Shown here one piece after another: positions 10,085 through 20,412 of a DNA stretch of 42,891 nucleotides. The position numbers and the translations under genes were made by a program. This stretch comes from Bryobacter sp. GTDB lineage: Bacteria; Acidobacteriota; Terriglobia; Bryobacterales; Bryobacteraceae. The DNA lies in contig JBKJUN010000556.1 in the NCBI GenBank assembly GCA_046590555.1, positions 1-42,891 of the forward strand. Direction: 5' to 3'. The first letter of the stretch is position 1, and each line of letters begins with the position of its first letter. Under the pieces are notes generated by a model that was not told the origin of the DNA, made no database searches, and saw nothing but the letters and a program-made list of their open reading frames with translations.

Positions 10085-10865
10085 GCTTGAAGGTGCTGAC
10101 TTCGCGCCACGCGTTGCCGTTTCGAGTTTCGATGCGAAGCAGCCCCTTCTTGTCGTCTACCCTTACGCGTGAAGTATTCGTTGGAGTTCGCTGACCAGGC
10201 TGAGCCGTTTTGGGAATTCGACCTGAGATCTCCCGTAATTCCCAGCTTGTTCCACCAGATTGTGTTTCGTAGAGCTCGTACTTGCCAGCCTCGCCACTCC
10301 CGCGATTGTCGACTAGAACCCAACCGCGTTTCGCCGTCTGGAAGGCAAAGTCTTCGATCACCCCTACGCGAGTCTCCGCAAAAAGGTCGACTTTACGCCA
10401 GGTTCTGCCTGTGTCTGTTGTCAGCAGCAAAAATGGATCGCGGGGCAAGCCAATCGAAGTTTGCCCAGTAAGCCAGCCAGTTGAAAAATCGATGAACTGC
10501 ATGGATTCGAGTGCGCTGGCTTTGAGCCGGGCGTGAGCTTCGCGCCAAGTGGATCCGCCGTCTTCGCTGATCAGCAAAATGGACTGAAGGGTCGAAGCCG
10601 TGGTGTGAAGGTTGCCAGCCAGCAGAAGAACTGTCCCAACCAATTCCACATTAGAGAACTCAAGGTAGGTTGGGCAGGGGTCGGCTTCACTACAGGTGAG
10701 GCCTAGTGTGGGCATGTCGAGTTCAGCACAGAGATTGGGCAAAAGAATTGGGCCTGCTGCGCTAGAGTAAACAGGCGGCGTCTCGGGGACGGGCACCGCC
10801 GGAAGCTGCGGAGCCGGGGCTTGCGCCATCAACCACAAATAAACGAATAGAGCCACTACCCTCAT
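10053..10865 (-). CDS. Secreted protein with BNR/Asp-box repeats
   Basis: Signal peptide; SEDGGSTW, TTDTGRTW and TQSGGTSW repeats. Confidence 0.8.
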   Translation of the reverse strand: MRVVALFVYLWLMAQAPAPQLPAVPVPETPPVYSSAAGPILLPNLCAELDMPTLGLTCSEADPCPTYLEFSNVELVGTVLLLAGNLHTTASTLQSILLISEDGGSTWREAHARLKASALESMQFIDFSTGWLTGQTSIGLPRDPFLLLTTDTGRTWRKVDLFAETRVGVIEDFAFQTAKRGWVLVDNRGSGEAGKYELYETQSGGTSWELREISGRIPKTAQPGQRTPTNTSRVRVDDKKGLLRIETRNGNAWREVSTFKLRLEDCKPGQ

Positions 10866-10885
10866 ACTAGACTGGAGTCAGTCTT

Positions 10886-11263
10886 ATGTTCTCGTGGTTT
10901 TCAAAGAAGGTGGAAACTCTAAAGCCTTTGCCTTTGTCGCAAAGGGAAAAATCCTATTCAGCGGCGAGTGGATTGGTCTATCAATATATCTTCAAAGGAA
11001 TGATTGGCCGTAAGCATGTCTTTGAGGTCACTGCCGATCGCAAAACTCATTTTGAAGTTGCCGTGGAATTGACTGAAGATGCCTTGGCTCCATGCGCTGC
11101 CCGGATGGGATCGGCTTTGCGGTGGAATGAAGAGTACGCGCTAGCCAAACTGAGTCTCTTTCATGCCTTTGACGATGCAGAAAAGCCAGAGAGTCTGAGC
11201 CAGACTGTGATGCCGCCCAGCCAGGCGCTGCTTGAGCATATGGATTTCTTGAAGATGGCCTAA
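10886..11263 (+). CDS. Hypothetical protein
   Basis: 125-aa ORF with GGAG upstream, 4 nt before the next gene. Confidence 0.7.
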   Translation: MFSWFSKKVETLKPLPLSQREKSYSAASGLVYQYIFKGMIGRKHVFEVTADRKTHFEVAVELTEDALAPCAARMGSALRWNEEYALAKLSLFHAFDDAEKPESLSQTVMPPSQALLEHMDFLKMA

Positions 11264-11267
11264 GACG

Positions 11268-12080
11268 ATGTCAACCCATCCCTCCGCGCGCGAACCCGGC
11301 GCTCCTTACCCACCACCGCTCGACCAGTTTGCTGAGCGAGAATTTTCTTTTCATCCATCCGTCGGCAATCTGGAGACAAATCTTTGGCGTTTAATCGATG
11401 CTAACTGGTCTGAATTTCTCGTTGAGAATCAAGGCGACCAAACGCAGGTTTGGGTGCCGCGCCGTTATCTGGGCGAAGTGTCGGCCTCAGATCGCCCAGT
11501 CATGATTGTTGGCCTGAATCGCTCTCTCGACTACAAAGCAGGGCAGGTCTGGCCGGTGCAGAAGCGTGTGCTCGAAATGCCCCGAGTCCCGGCAGGCGAG
11601 GTGGTTGGTGAATCCGAAGCTGCACCGAAGAGTGCTTCAGCGAGCATGCGTGGGAGTGGGTTTCGCCTTGATTCTTCCGAGAAAAAAGTCGGAAAGTTGA
11701 TTCTTTTTGTTCTCGCCGGTTCTGTTCTTCTGGTAGCTCTAGTGGTCTTCTATTACCGCGGCATGGAATCCGGCGAGATGGTTTCCTACAAGCCTGTCGT
11801 ACAGGAAAGTCTCGGACTTGGGCCCGAAGACGACTTTTTCGCCGTGGCTCGAAAACTTGGCACACCTCAGGCTGACCGCTGGAAGGCGGAAGGCGAGAGC
11901 CTGCAGTATCGGGTTCTTGAGTATCCCGGACGCAATCTGAACGTCATTTTGGCTGGTAGGGAACGCAAGCAGGCGCTCTATGTTGGCGCTATGGATCGAG
12001 AATGGAAAGTTGTCGACAGCGTCAACCAAAAAGGCGGGTCCAACACCTATCGAGTGTTGTCTAAGCTTCCTCGATTCTAG
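11268..12080 (+). CDS. Hypothetical single-pass membrane protein
   Basis: 270-aa ORF with a central TM segment LILFVLAGSVLLVALVVFYY. Confidence 0.72.
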   Translation: MSTHPSAREPGAPYPPPLDQFAEREFSFHPSVGNLETNLWRLIDANWSEFLVENQGDQTQVWVPRRYLGEVSASDRPVMIVGLNRSLDYKAGQVWPVQKRVLEMPRVPAGEVVGESEAAPKSASASMRGSGFRLDSSEKKVGKLILFVLAGSVLLVALVVFYYRGMESGEMVSYKPVVQESLGLGPEDDFFAVARKLGTPQADRWKAEGESLQYRVLEYPGRNLNVILAGRERKQALYVGAMDREWKVVDSVNQKGGSNTYRVLSKLPRF

Positions 12081-12326
12081 GCTTCTTAATGGATGGAATT
12101 GCCAGACAATTCCAGCCTCAGTTTGGCGCTTCCAGATTCAGGCACAAGAATGCATAGTGTTGGGCCTCAAGGAAGAGGCGGGGAAGTGCCGTGCAGGCAT
12201 CCTGAAACTGTTTGAGGTGTCTCGCAGCCCGAAGCGCTAAAAATTGAGTAAAAAGCAGCGGAAGGGCCGTGGTTATTGGCTCAGATTGAATTTGGGGCAA
12301 TTTAGCTGTGATAATCTTTGTTGAAT

Positions 12327-14408
12327 ATGAAATCTGTGGGAAATGTCCTTCTTTGGGTCGCCATCTCATTGCTTGGTGCGGGGTGTTTGGCGGCTGTAGC
12401 CTTCAATCGTGGTGAATCGATCAACTCCATGTGGATTGTTATTGCGGCTGCATGTGTGTATCTGGTTTCGTATCGTTTCTACGGTACTTTCATCGCCACC
12501 AAAATCCTCAACCTGCGCGCAGACAGAGCTACTCCTGCTGAGCGGCTTCGCAATGGACATGATTTCGAGCCTACGAACAAGTGGATCGTTTTCGGGCATC
12601 ATTTTGCTGCCATTGCCGGGCCTGGCCCCCTTGTCGGGCCTACCCTCGCCGCCCAGTTCGGATATCTTCCAGGCACGCTTTGGATCATTCTTGGTGCTGC
12701 ATTAGCCGGGTCTGTCCACGACCTTCTGATCCTAGCCTTTTCGATTCGCCGCGACGGTAAGAGTCTGGGGCAGATGGTGAAAGAAGAGATCAGCAATGTT
12801 GGCGGGATCACTGCGATGATTACCGTTCTTCTGATCATGATCATCTTGATGGCAGTGATTGGGCTTGTCATCGTGAATGCGCTCAAGGGAAGCCCCTGGG
12901 GGACTTTCACGATTGCTGCGACCATGCCGATTGCCATCTTCATGGGTCTCTACCTGCGATTCTTCCGCCCTGGACGCGTTATCGAAATTTCTGCAATCGG
13001 CTTCGTACTTGTCGTGCTGAGTATTTTTGGTGGCAAATGGATTGCTGAATCGGCCACCCTTGCCCCCTACTTCACTTTTGGCGGAACCACCCTGGCTCTC
13101 ATTCTGGTTGGCTACGGCTTTTGTGCGAGCGCACTTCCGGTCTGGCTGTTGCTCGCTCCCCGCGACTACCTGAGCACCTTCGTCAAATTGGGTGTTGCGG
13201 CAATGCTGGCGGTGGGTGTGCTCTTTGTGCGCCCCGAACTCAACCTGCCAGCGATGACGCGCTTTGTTGATGGATCTGGCCCCATTTTCGCGGGCACTGT
13301 CTTTCCTTTCTGTTTCATCACGATTGGCTGTGGTGCCCTGTCGGGCTTTCACTCATTGATTTCTTCTGGCACAACATCCAAGCTTCTAGCTCGTGAAAGC
13401 CATGCGCTTCCAGTTGCCTATGGCGGAATGCTGGTGGAAGGAATGGTTGCCATCATGGCGCTGATTGCCGCCTGTGCGATGGAGCCGGGCGTCTACTTTG
13501 CAATCAACTCGCCCGGTGGTGTAGTTGGTACATTGCCAGAGGCCGCAGTGACGACGATTACCGGATGGGGCTACCCGGTTACCGTGGCCCACATGGAAGA
13601 ACTGGCGCGGAGCGTAGGCGAGAGCAGCCTCTTTGCCCGCACAGGCGGGGCACCGTCGCTGGCGCTTGGCATGGCGCATATCTTCTCTCAGGCTCTTTCG
13701 ATGACGTCCGACGGCGGAAAAGCAATTCTCAGTTTCTGGTATCACTTCGCGATCATGTTTGAAGCGCTCTTCATCCTGACGACAATCGATGCTGGAACTC
13801 GAGTGGGAAGATTCCTTCTGCAAGATCTCGTCGGTCAGGTCTACAAGCCATTCGGTCGCACCAGTTGGATGCCGGGCGTTGTGATCGCCAGCGCGCTCAT
13901 CGTTTCGGGCTGGGGATGGTTTCTCTACCAGGGTGTCCTTGATCCGCTTGGTGGCATCAATTCTCTTTGGCCGCTTTTTGGAATCGCAAACCAACTGCTG
14001 GGCACCATTGCTTTGTGTCTTGCCACAACAGTGCTAATCAAGATGTTCCGAGCGAAATATGTATGGGTCACTGCAATTCCACTCGCCTGGATGCTAAGCG
14101 TTACATTCTCGGCTGGGTGGATCAAAATCTTTGCGACCAACCCCCGGCTTGGCTTTTTAGCCCGGGCTGACCAGTTGGAGGGGCAGATTGCCGTAGGGAA
14201 TCTTACCGCTGCCAAGGTCGTCCAGTTTCAACAATTGATTTTCAATGAACGAATGGATGCTGCAATCTGCGGGCTGTTCCTGATTCTGACCGCAACAATT
14301 GTCCTTGAATCGGCGAGGTCCTGGGTGCGTATCCTTCGTAGTGCTACCGCCACGTCCGTTTCTGAGACCCCCTTCGTCGCTACCAGATTGCAAGTTGGAG
14401 AAATCTAG
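12327..14408 (+). CDS. cstA: Carbon starvation protein A (peptide/pyruvate transporter)
   Basis: FGHHFAAIAGPGPLVGP, CGALSGFHSLISSGTT, RTGGAPSLA and LWPLFGIANQLL motifs; many TM helices. Confidence 0.95.
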   Translation: MKSVGNVLLWVAISLLGAGCLAAVAFNRGESINSMWIVIAAACVYLVSYRFYGTFIATKILNLRADRATPAERLRNGHDFEPTNKWIVFGHHFAAIAGPGPLVGPTLAAQFGYLPGTLWIILGAALAGSVHDLLILAFSIRRDGKSLGQMVKEEISNVGGITAMITVLLIMIILMAVIGLVIVNALKGSPWGTFTIAATMPIAIFMGLYLRFFRPGRVIEISAIGFVLVVLSIFGGKWIAESATLAPYFTFGGTTLALILVGYGFCASALPVWLLLAPRDYLSTFVKLGVAAMLAVGVLFVRPELNLPAMTRFVDGSGPIFAGTVFPFCFITIGCGALSGFHSLISSGTTSKLLARESHALPVAYGGMLVEGMVAIMALIAACAMEPGVYFAINSPGGVVGTLPEAAVTTITGWGYPVTVAHMEELARSVGESSLFARTGGAPSLALGMAHIFSQALSMTSDGGKAILSFWYHFAIMFEALFILTTIDAGTRVGRFLLQDLVGQVYKPFGRTSWMPGVVIASALIVSGWGWFLYQGVLDPLGGINSLWPLFGIANQLLGTIALCLATTVLIKMFRAKYVWVTAIPLAWMLSVTFSAGWIKIFATNPRLGFLARADQLEGQIAVGNLTAAKVVQFQQLIFNERMDAAICGLFLILTATIVLESARSWVRILRSATATSVSETPFVATRLQVGEI

Positions 14409-14452
14409 ACTGAAGTTGCTGTGCCCCTCGCTGCGTGCTTTGACGGTTGTAG

Positions 14453-15130
14453 GGGCTCCCCTCCACAGTTCCTGATTTGCGAGAACAGGCCAAGATCCAA
14501 CAATCCTGGGTGAAAGTCCGGCTCGAAAAGAACCTGCCCGATCTGATGCGCAAGCACGGCCTGGATATGTGGGTTGTATCCAGTTGAGAGTACAACGAAG
14601 ATCAGGTCTTCTATTCGCTGGTCTCCCGAACGATGTTTGCCGCCAGACGCCTTCAGATTCTGCAGCAGGAAGAAGCCCTGATCGTAATTGAACGTGGCGA
14701 CGTCTTATGGGTTGACTACGGCTTGACGGCGATGCGTCTGGCGACGGATACCCAGGATATGGGTTATGTGCTCAAAGAGGGCGAAGCTGGCCCTCCTGCC
14801 GGAATCGTGAATGCCTTGGAGAATTCTAAAAAGATGCAAGGTATCGTCATGAAGCGAATGGCCGTAGGGCGAACAGGAAGCGAAGTGCTGGCCGAACCGC
14901 TCAAGGAAGTGCCTGAGCTAGGCATTAAGGGTAAGGTCTACTCTCACCTTCTTGTGGTGGAGACCATGGGCAGGGCGCTGGGCCACTGATCGGCCTCTGG
15001 GGCCGCCAGAAGGGGTGCCTGGACGTTGAGACGTCAAACTTTTGCCCACTACCTGGTTCTCGATTGAATTGTCGAGCCGAACACCGGTTCTGGAATGGGG
15101 CAATCAGGAGTTGTTGGTGGGGATGAAAAA
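14453..15130 (+). pseudogene. Decayed M24 (Xaa-Pro aminopeptidase-like) metallopeptidase
   Basis: Fragments across three frames: RLEKNLPDLMRKHGLDMWVVSS*EYNED (TGA at 14585), GDVLWVDYG...ATDTQDMGY...YSH, then frameshifted GDHGQGAGPLIGLW, then GVPGR*DVKLLPTTWFSIE...EWG. There is no intact 5' end. Confidence 0.8.
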
Positions 15131-15173
15131 TTCAATGGGTTCTACGCCGACAGAAGAAGTTTCACCTGATTCG

Positions 15174-15470
15174 TTAGGCGCAAGCGGCAATATGGTGGAG
15201 GCTCGAGGTTGGCACCGGCATCGGTTCGAAGTATTCAGGCTCAACCGCGCCCAGGTATTCCCGCACGAAAGCTCTAGCCATGCCGACGCAACCCTGATTC
15301 CGGTACATACGAAAAAACATTTGCTGGGCACCTGAGGCGTCGAGAGTAGGGCAGAGGAGGGCGACGACAGAGGCGCTTGAGCAAACGCAGTCCCGGCATT
15401 CTTTGCCAACCAAACGGCAGTTTTCCGGGTTCACTACATAGCCAAGATTGTCTTCGATTCCGACTAACAT
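15174..15470 (-). CDS. Small Cys-rich hypothetical protein
   Basis: 98 aa with GAGGAG upstream of the ATG; C-x6-CxxCxC cluster; divergent from mreB. Confidence 0.6.
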   Translation of the reverse strand: MLVGIEDNLGYVVNPENCRLVGKECRDCVCSSASVVALLCPTLDASGAQQMFFRMYRNQGCVGMARAFVREYLGAVEPEYFEPMPVPTSSLHHIAACA

Positions 15471-15582
15471 TTCGTTGCTCTCCTCAGGTGAAACTCATTT
15501 GTACCCTGAATCGGATTTTTGGCCTAGACACCATATGGGGAGATTCTTAAACTTCATTGCGGGTATCGGCTCTTTCCTTCTG

Positions 15583-15600
15583 TACCCTCATATGGGGGTA
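15583..15600. promoter_or_regulatory. Palindromic candidate operator TACCCTCATATGGGGGTA
   Basis: 18-bp inverted repeat with one mismatched pair, in the divergent intergenic region before mreB; a related CCATATGGGG lies at 15531-15540. Confidence 0.45.
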
Positions 15601-15746
15601 TTGCAATTTCAAAAATATTTTTCTCCCTCTCCGAAAGTGGTGCAAAAAGGCGATGCTGTTGCTACGCTCAAATTAGGCCCGGTAATTTTCAATGAAACAC
15701 TGGGTCGACCCAAAATCCCTATCATAGACAAGCGTTTTCCGCATTC

Positions 15747-16772
15747 ATGAATATCCGCTCGCTGTTCAGCCTATTTTCGTCCGACCTCGCCATTGACCTT
15801 GGCACGGCGAATACCCTCGTATATGCCAAAGGTAAGGGCATTGTTGTCAATGAACCTTCGATCGTGGCGATCAACAAAAACAACGGCGAAGTAGAAGCCG
15901 TTGGCAAAGAAGCGAAAGAAATGCTTGGCCGCACGCCAGGCAATATCGTCGCGATCCGTCCCATGAAGGACGGCGTCATTGCCGACTTCAAGGTGACCGA
16001 GCGCATGTTGAACTATTTCATCCAGAAGGCTCACGGACGAAAGATGCTGGTTCACCCCCGCATCGTAATCGGTGTCCCTTCGGAGATCACCCAAGTCGAG
16101 AAGCGTGCGGTTATTGATTCTGCTTACCGCGCCAAAGCAAGCGAAGTGCATTTGGTGGAGCAGGCGATGGTGGCGGCAATCGGTGCTGGACTCCCCATTA
16201 CCGAGCCTGGCGGCAACATGGTTGTCGATATCGGTGGTGGCACAACCGATGTTGCTGTCATTTCTCTGGCCGGTATCGTTTATTCCCGCTCGGTGCGTGT
16301 GGCAGGTAACGAACTCGACGAAGCGATCATCCAGTACCTGAAGCGCAAGTACAATCTTCTGGTTGGCGAAAGAACCGCAGAGCAAATCAAAATGAAGATT
16401 GGCTCGGCATCCGAACTCGATAAGCCGATCACGATGGAAATCAAAGGTCGTAACTTGATTGAGGGTGTTCCGCGAACTTTGACCATTGGCGACGAAGAAA
16501 TCCGTGAAGCCCTGGCCGAAGGCATTTCCACGATCATGAATGCAATTCGCGTTGCCCTGGAGCGTACGCCTCCAGAACTCTCTGCCGACATCTCGGATCG
16601 CGGAATTGTACTCACCGGTGGCGGTGGCTTGATCAAGAACCTCGACAAGCGCATCCGTCAGGAAACAGGCTTGCCTGTATCGATTGCTGAAGATCCGCTG
16701 GCTTGCGTCGTACTTGGCATCGGCAAAATGCTCTCCGATTTTAAGTTGCTGCGCCGCATAGCGATTGAGTAG
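15747..16772 (+). CDS. mreB: Rod shape-determining protein MreB
   Basis: [21 protein letters not shown] and GIVLTGGG motifs. Confidence 0.98.
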   Translation: MNIRSLFSLFSSDLAIDLGTANTLVYAKGKGIVVNEPSIVAINKNNGEVEAVGKEAKEMLGRTPGNIVAIRPMKDGVIADFKVTERMLNYFIQKAHGRKMLVHPRIVIGVPSEITQVEKRAVIDSAYRAKASEVHLVEQAMVAAIGAGLPITEPGGNMVVDIGGGTTDVAVISLAGIVYSRSVRVAGNELDEAIIQYLKRKYNLLVGERTAEQIKMKIGSASELDKPITMEIKGRNLIEGVPRTLTIGDEEIREALAEGISTIMNAIRVALERTPPELSADISDRGIVLTGGGGLIKNLDKRIRQETGLPVSIAEDPLACVVLGIGKMLSDFKLLRRIAIE

Positions 16773-16792
16773 GGGAGCGCCCTCGGGCAAGC

Positions 16793-17944
16793 ATGGATGG
16801 ATTGTTAGGCAGATATCGCAATTTGTCCGTCCTGGTGATTGTCATCATGGCGCAATTGGTGCTGCTCGCCCTTCAGGTTAAAAACAACCAGGATGTGCGT
16901 CTGATTCGCGTCTGGGCGGTTACCGCCATCACCCCCCTCGCACGTGTACTTGAGGGGATTCGTGCAAATACTTTCGGCCTCGCTGGTGAGTACTGGCAGT
17001 TGATTGAGATTCGATCACAGAATCAGACATTGAAAGCCGACGTTGACCGGTTCAAACTAGAGAATCAATTCCTGAAAGAAGAACTGGCCACCGCGAAACG
17101 CGTAGAAGCCATGGCGTCTTTCGTTCAACGCAATCCAAACAAGACGATTGGAGCCCGCATCATTGGAGCTGGAGCGGGCATGAATTCGAAGGTTGTCTTT
17201 ATTGACCGGGGCTCGACCTCAGGTGTGCTGAAGGGCATGCCTGTGATCACTCCAGATGGCATCGTAGGAAAAGTGACGGCCGCTTATCCAACTGGCTCCC
17301 AGGTCATGCTGATTACCGACCCAACTTTCGGTTGCGGAGTGGTTTCAGATAAATCGCGCGTTCATGGAACTGCGCGTGGCCAAGGAAACAACCAACTGCT
17401 GGTGGACTACATCCAGAACGAGCAAGCTGTACAAGTGGGTGAGATCTTTTACACCTCGGGCGATGATCGCATCTTTCCTAAAGGGTTGCCTGTTGGCCCT
17501 GTCCGTGTGTCTAGAGAAGGCAAGCTCTTCAAGGAAATCTATGTGGCACCGGCGGCATTTGAGAAGGGGCTGGAAGAAGTGCTTGTGGTGCTTGAAGGCG
17601 TACACCAACAGATCCTCGAGCTTTCTCAAATCACGAATGTAGGCCCCGAAGCTAAACCAATGGCACCTCCACTTCCCGATTCAGTTGCGCTCCCTTTAGA
17701 TGCAACTCCAAAACAGAATCCGAACCAGAGGTTCTCTACCGAAGCTGATCGATTGGTCGATCGATATAAAGCCATTGGCGAGCAACAGGGGCTAAGCTAC
17801 GGTAACGGGGGAAGAGTGCCTAATTTCAATGCGCCTGTTTCGCCAAGAGTAGTTCCACCCAAGACTGCTCCCACATCTGCGCCTCCCGTGACGCCCAATC
17901 CCGCTGGTTCAGCCGCCCCAGCTGTTGTGCCTCCGAAGCAGTAA
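16793..17944 (+). CDS. mreC: Rod shape-determining protein MreC
   Basis: TM segment, coiled coil, IDRGSTSGV, TSGDDRIFPKGLPVG, Pro-rich tail; follows mreB. Confidence 0.95.
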   Translation: MDGLLGRYRNLSVLVIVIMAQLVLLALQVKNNQDVRLIRVWAVTAITPLARVLEGIRANTFGLAGEYWQLIEIRSQNQTLKADVDRFKLENQFLKEELATAKRVEAMASFVQRNPNKTIGARIIGAGAGMNSKVVFIDRGSTSGVLKGMPVITPDGIVGKVTAAYPTGSQVMLITDPTFGCGVVSDKSRVHGTARGQGNNQLLVDYIQNEQAVQVGEIFYTSGDDRIFPKGLPVGPVRVSREGKLFKEIYVAPAAFEKGLEEVLVVLEGVHQQILELSQITNVGPEAKPMAPPLPDSVALPLDATPKQNPNQRFSTEADRLVDRYKAIGEQQGLSYGNGGRVPNFNAPVSPRVVPPKTAPTSAPPVTPNPAGSAAPAVVPPKQ

Positions 17945-17952
17945 GAAGAACG

Positions 17953-18498
17953 ATGCCATCTCCTGAGTACACAGAAGCAAACTACGTCGAAGGCCGGCGC
18001 CGGAAGAGTTCCTCATCAAGCTTTCGACCGATCGTTTTTTTTCTCGTACCTCTTTTCTCTGTGCTTCTCGATATCTTTCTCCCCAGGTTTATCGAGTCGG
18101 CCAGGACTCTTGAATTCCCGTTGCTCATTACGATTTATTTTTCTCTCATGAAACGCCAGCCGATAGCGGGTGTGGCCATCGGTGCAACCATCGGCCTGAT
18201 GCAGGACTCGCTTTCTCAACAACCGCTCGGTATGTTCGGAATCGTAAAGACGATCGTCGGGTATTTTGCTGCTTCAGTGAGTTTGCGATTCGACGTCAAC
18301 AACCCAGCGCTTCGCTTCATGCTCTGTGCCTTCTTCTTTGTCTTTCACCAGTTCTTTTATTGGGTAATGGTGAGGGCTCTTTTGGGGCAGGTACCGAACA
18401 TAAATGGACTTGATGAACTGGTTCGGGCTTTGCTTAATTCCGCCGTCGCCCTGCCTCTGTTTTTCCTGTTGGATAAACTAAGAGAAGATGGGGGATAG
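17953..18498 (+). CDS. mreD: Rod shape-determining protein MreD
   Basis: Hydrophobic protein with GLMQDSLS...PLG; position in the operon. Confidence 0.92.
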   Translation: MPSPEYTEANYVEGRRRKSSSSSFRPIVFFLVPLFSVLLDIFLPRFIESARTLEFPLLITIYFSLMKRQPIAGVAIGATIGLMQDSLSQQPLGMFGIVKTIVGYFAASVSLRFDVNNPALRFMLCAFFFVFHQFFYWVMVRALLGQVPNINGLDELVRALLNSAVALPLFFLLDKLREDGG

Positions 18499-18570
18499 GC
18501 TTTCAGCCCTCCAAAAATTTTTGTGTTTCAACTATCAGGACGCTCGCGACAGTTAGAATTCCAGGATCGG

Positions 18571-20412
18571 ATGCGATTTCTGCGCGACGAATCGAAGTTT
18601 GCGCAAGGCAAAATTGCATTTCTGCAGTACCTCAGTGTAGGTATCTTCTTATTTATTGTCGGGGGCTATTGGAATCTTCAGATCCGCAACGAAGAGATTT
18701 ATTCCCTGAAGGCGGAGCGCAATCGTATCAAGGCGCTGCCGATTCCTGCACCCCGTGGCAAGATCCTTGATCGCGACAAAAGGGTGATTGTAGACAATCA
18801 TTCGAGCTTCTCTGTTTTACTTTCCCTCGAAACACTTAAAGAAGAACATCTGCGTCCCATTGCCGACGGTCTCGATCTGGACTACGACGAAGTTCTTGCC
18901 TTGCTGAAGAGCCGTCGTTCACGGCCCAAGTATTTGCCAATCACTCTCAAGAAGGAATTGACTCCTGCTGAGATTGCGTTTGTTGAATCACATCGTGACC
19001 CTGAAACCTATCCGGAACTGGAATTGATCCACACCGAACGCAGAGCCTATCCAGCCAACGGCTTTGCCGCTCACCTGATCGGTTACATCGGCGAAGTTTC
19101 CGAGGCTGAGCTCAACATGGCCGACTTCGCCAAGTATCAACAAGGTGACCTGGTTGGCAAGACCGGAATTGAGCGCCAATACAACGATCTCCTTACTGGC
19201 GAAGACGGCCAGCGGCAAGTTCTGGTTGACAACAAGGGGAATGAGCGTCGAGTGCTTGGGCTCAAGAAAGCTGTTCCTGGCAAGTCCATCGAACTGACTC
19301 TCGATCTCGACGTTCAGACCGTTATGGAACTGGCGATGGAGGGCCGGCGTGGTGGCGCAGTCGCACTCGATCCTCGCAATGGTGAAGTACTGGCCATGGT
19401 CTCAAAGCCTGGTTTCGATCTGACAAAGTTATCTTCACGAGAAAGAACCAAGGAGTGGAAAGAAATTTTTTCCAATCCCGAAAAACCACTGCTCAATCGC
19501 GCAATTCAAGCGCAACTCGCACCTGGCTCAACTTTTAAACCAATCGTTGCCCTAGCCGCCCTCGAAAGCGGTGAAATCACAAACGAAACTTCTTTCAGTT
19601 GTGGCGGTGGGCTCAACTTCTTTGGCCGGTATTTCCATTGCCACAATAAAAAAGGGCACGGGGCAACCTCACTAAAGAGGGCACTTGCCCAATCCTGCGA
19701 CGTCTATTTTTATAACGTAGGCAACAAGATCGGCATTGACCAGATATCGAAGTATGCCGAGATCGCAGGCTTTGGCGCAAAGACTGGAATCGACCTTCCA
19801 TCCGAGGCTGAAGGTACCCTGCCATCCAGCAAATGGAAAATTCGCGCATTGAGAGAAAAATGGTATGGCGGCGATACCGTCTCTGTCGCCATTGGTCAAG
19901 GCTACCTGACTGCCACACCAATCCAACTTGCCCACGCCATCGGCGGCATAGTGATTGGCGGTATCTGGCACACTCCTCATTTACTCAAAGGTGACGCACC
20001 TGCCAAGCCTGCCCGCAAGGCAGACCTCGATCTTGAACACGTCCGTCTTGTCACTGACGGCATGTGTGAAGTTGTCAATGGCGCTGGCACTGCCTATGGA
20101 TCCCGCATCCCCGGCATAGAGATGTGTGGCAAGACTGGGACAGCGCAGACTGCTTCCAACGAATACCAGAAAGCAAAGAACATTCGCCTTAAAGACAATG
20201 CCTGGTTTGTAGCTTTTGCACCGCGAGTGAATCCTGAAATCGCAGTAGCTGTGCTCTTTGAAGAAGGCGAACACGGCCCCATGGCCGGCACTATCGCTCG
20301 CGACATCGTCAAGGCCTACTTCGATAAGAAAACCCGTAAAGAGGTTTCTCAAACACAGCCGTCAACTGTAACGGCCAGTTTGCCGGTTCCCCCCACTGGA
20401 GCCGCAAACTGA
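18571..20412 (+). CDS. mrdA: Penicillin-binding protein 2
   Basis: PRGKILDR, PGSTFK (SxxK), SCDVYFY and GKTGTAQ motifs. Confidence 0.96.
   Translation: MRFLRDESKFAQGKIAFLQYLSVGIFLFIVGGYWNLQIRNEEIYSLKAERNRIKALPIPAPRGKILDRDKRVIVDNHSSFSVLLSLETLKEEHLRPIADGLDLDYDEVLALLKSRRSRPKYLPITLKKELTPAEIAFVESHRDPETYPELELIHTERRAYPANGFAAHLIGYIGEVSEAELNMADFAKYQQGDLVGKTGIERQYNDLLTGEDGQRQVLVDNKGNERRVLGLKKAVPGKSIELTLDLDVQTVMELAMEGRRGGAVALDPRNGEVLAMVSKPGFDLTKLSSRERTKEWKEIFSNPEKPLLNRAIQAQLAPGSTFKPIVALAALESGEITNETSFSCGGGLNFFGRYFHCHNKKGHGATSLKRALAQSCDVYFYNVGNKIGIDQISKYAEIAGFGAKTGIDLPSEAEGTLPSSKWKIRALREKWYGGDTVSVAIGQGYLTATPIQLAHAIGGIVIGGIWHTPHLLKGDAPAKPARKADLDLEHVRLVTDGMCEVVNGAGTAYGSRIPGIEMCGKTGTAQTASNEYQKAKNIRLKDNAWFVAFAPRVNPEIAVAVLFEEGEHGPMAGTIARDIVKAYFDKKTRKEVSQTQPSTVTASLPVPPTGAAN

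Noticed and set aside
14585-14587. In-frame TGA as selenocysteine or readthrough
   Set aside because: It most simply derives from CGA (Arg), and the same gene has further stops and frameshifts.
15771-16790. Long antisense ORFs (also 1250-2107, 21781-22794, 28343-29176)
   Set aside because: They mirror well-supported genes on the other strand and show no motifs of their own.
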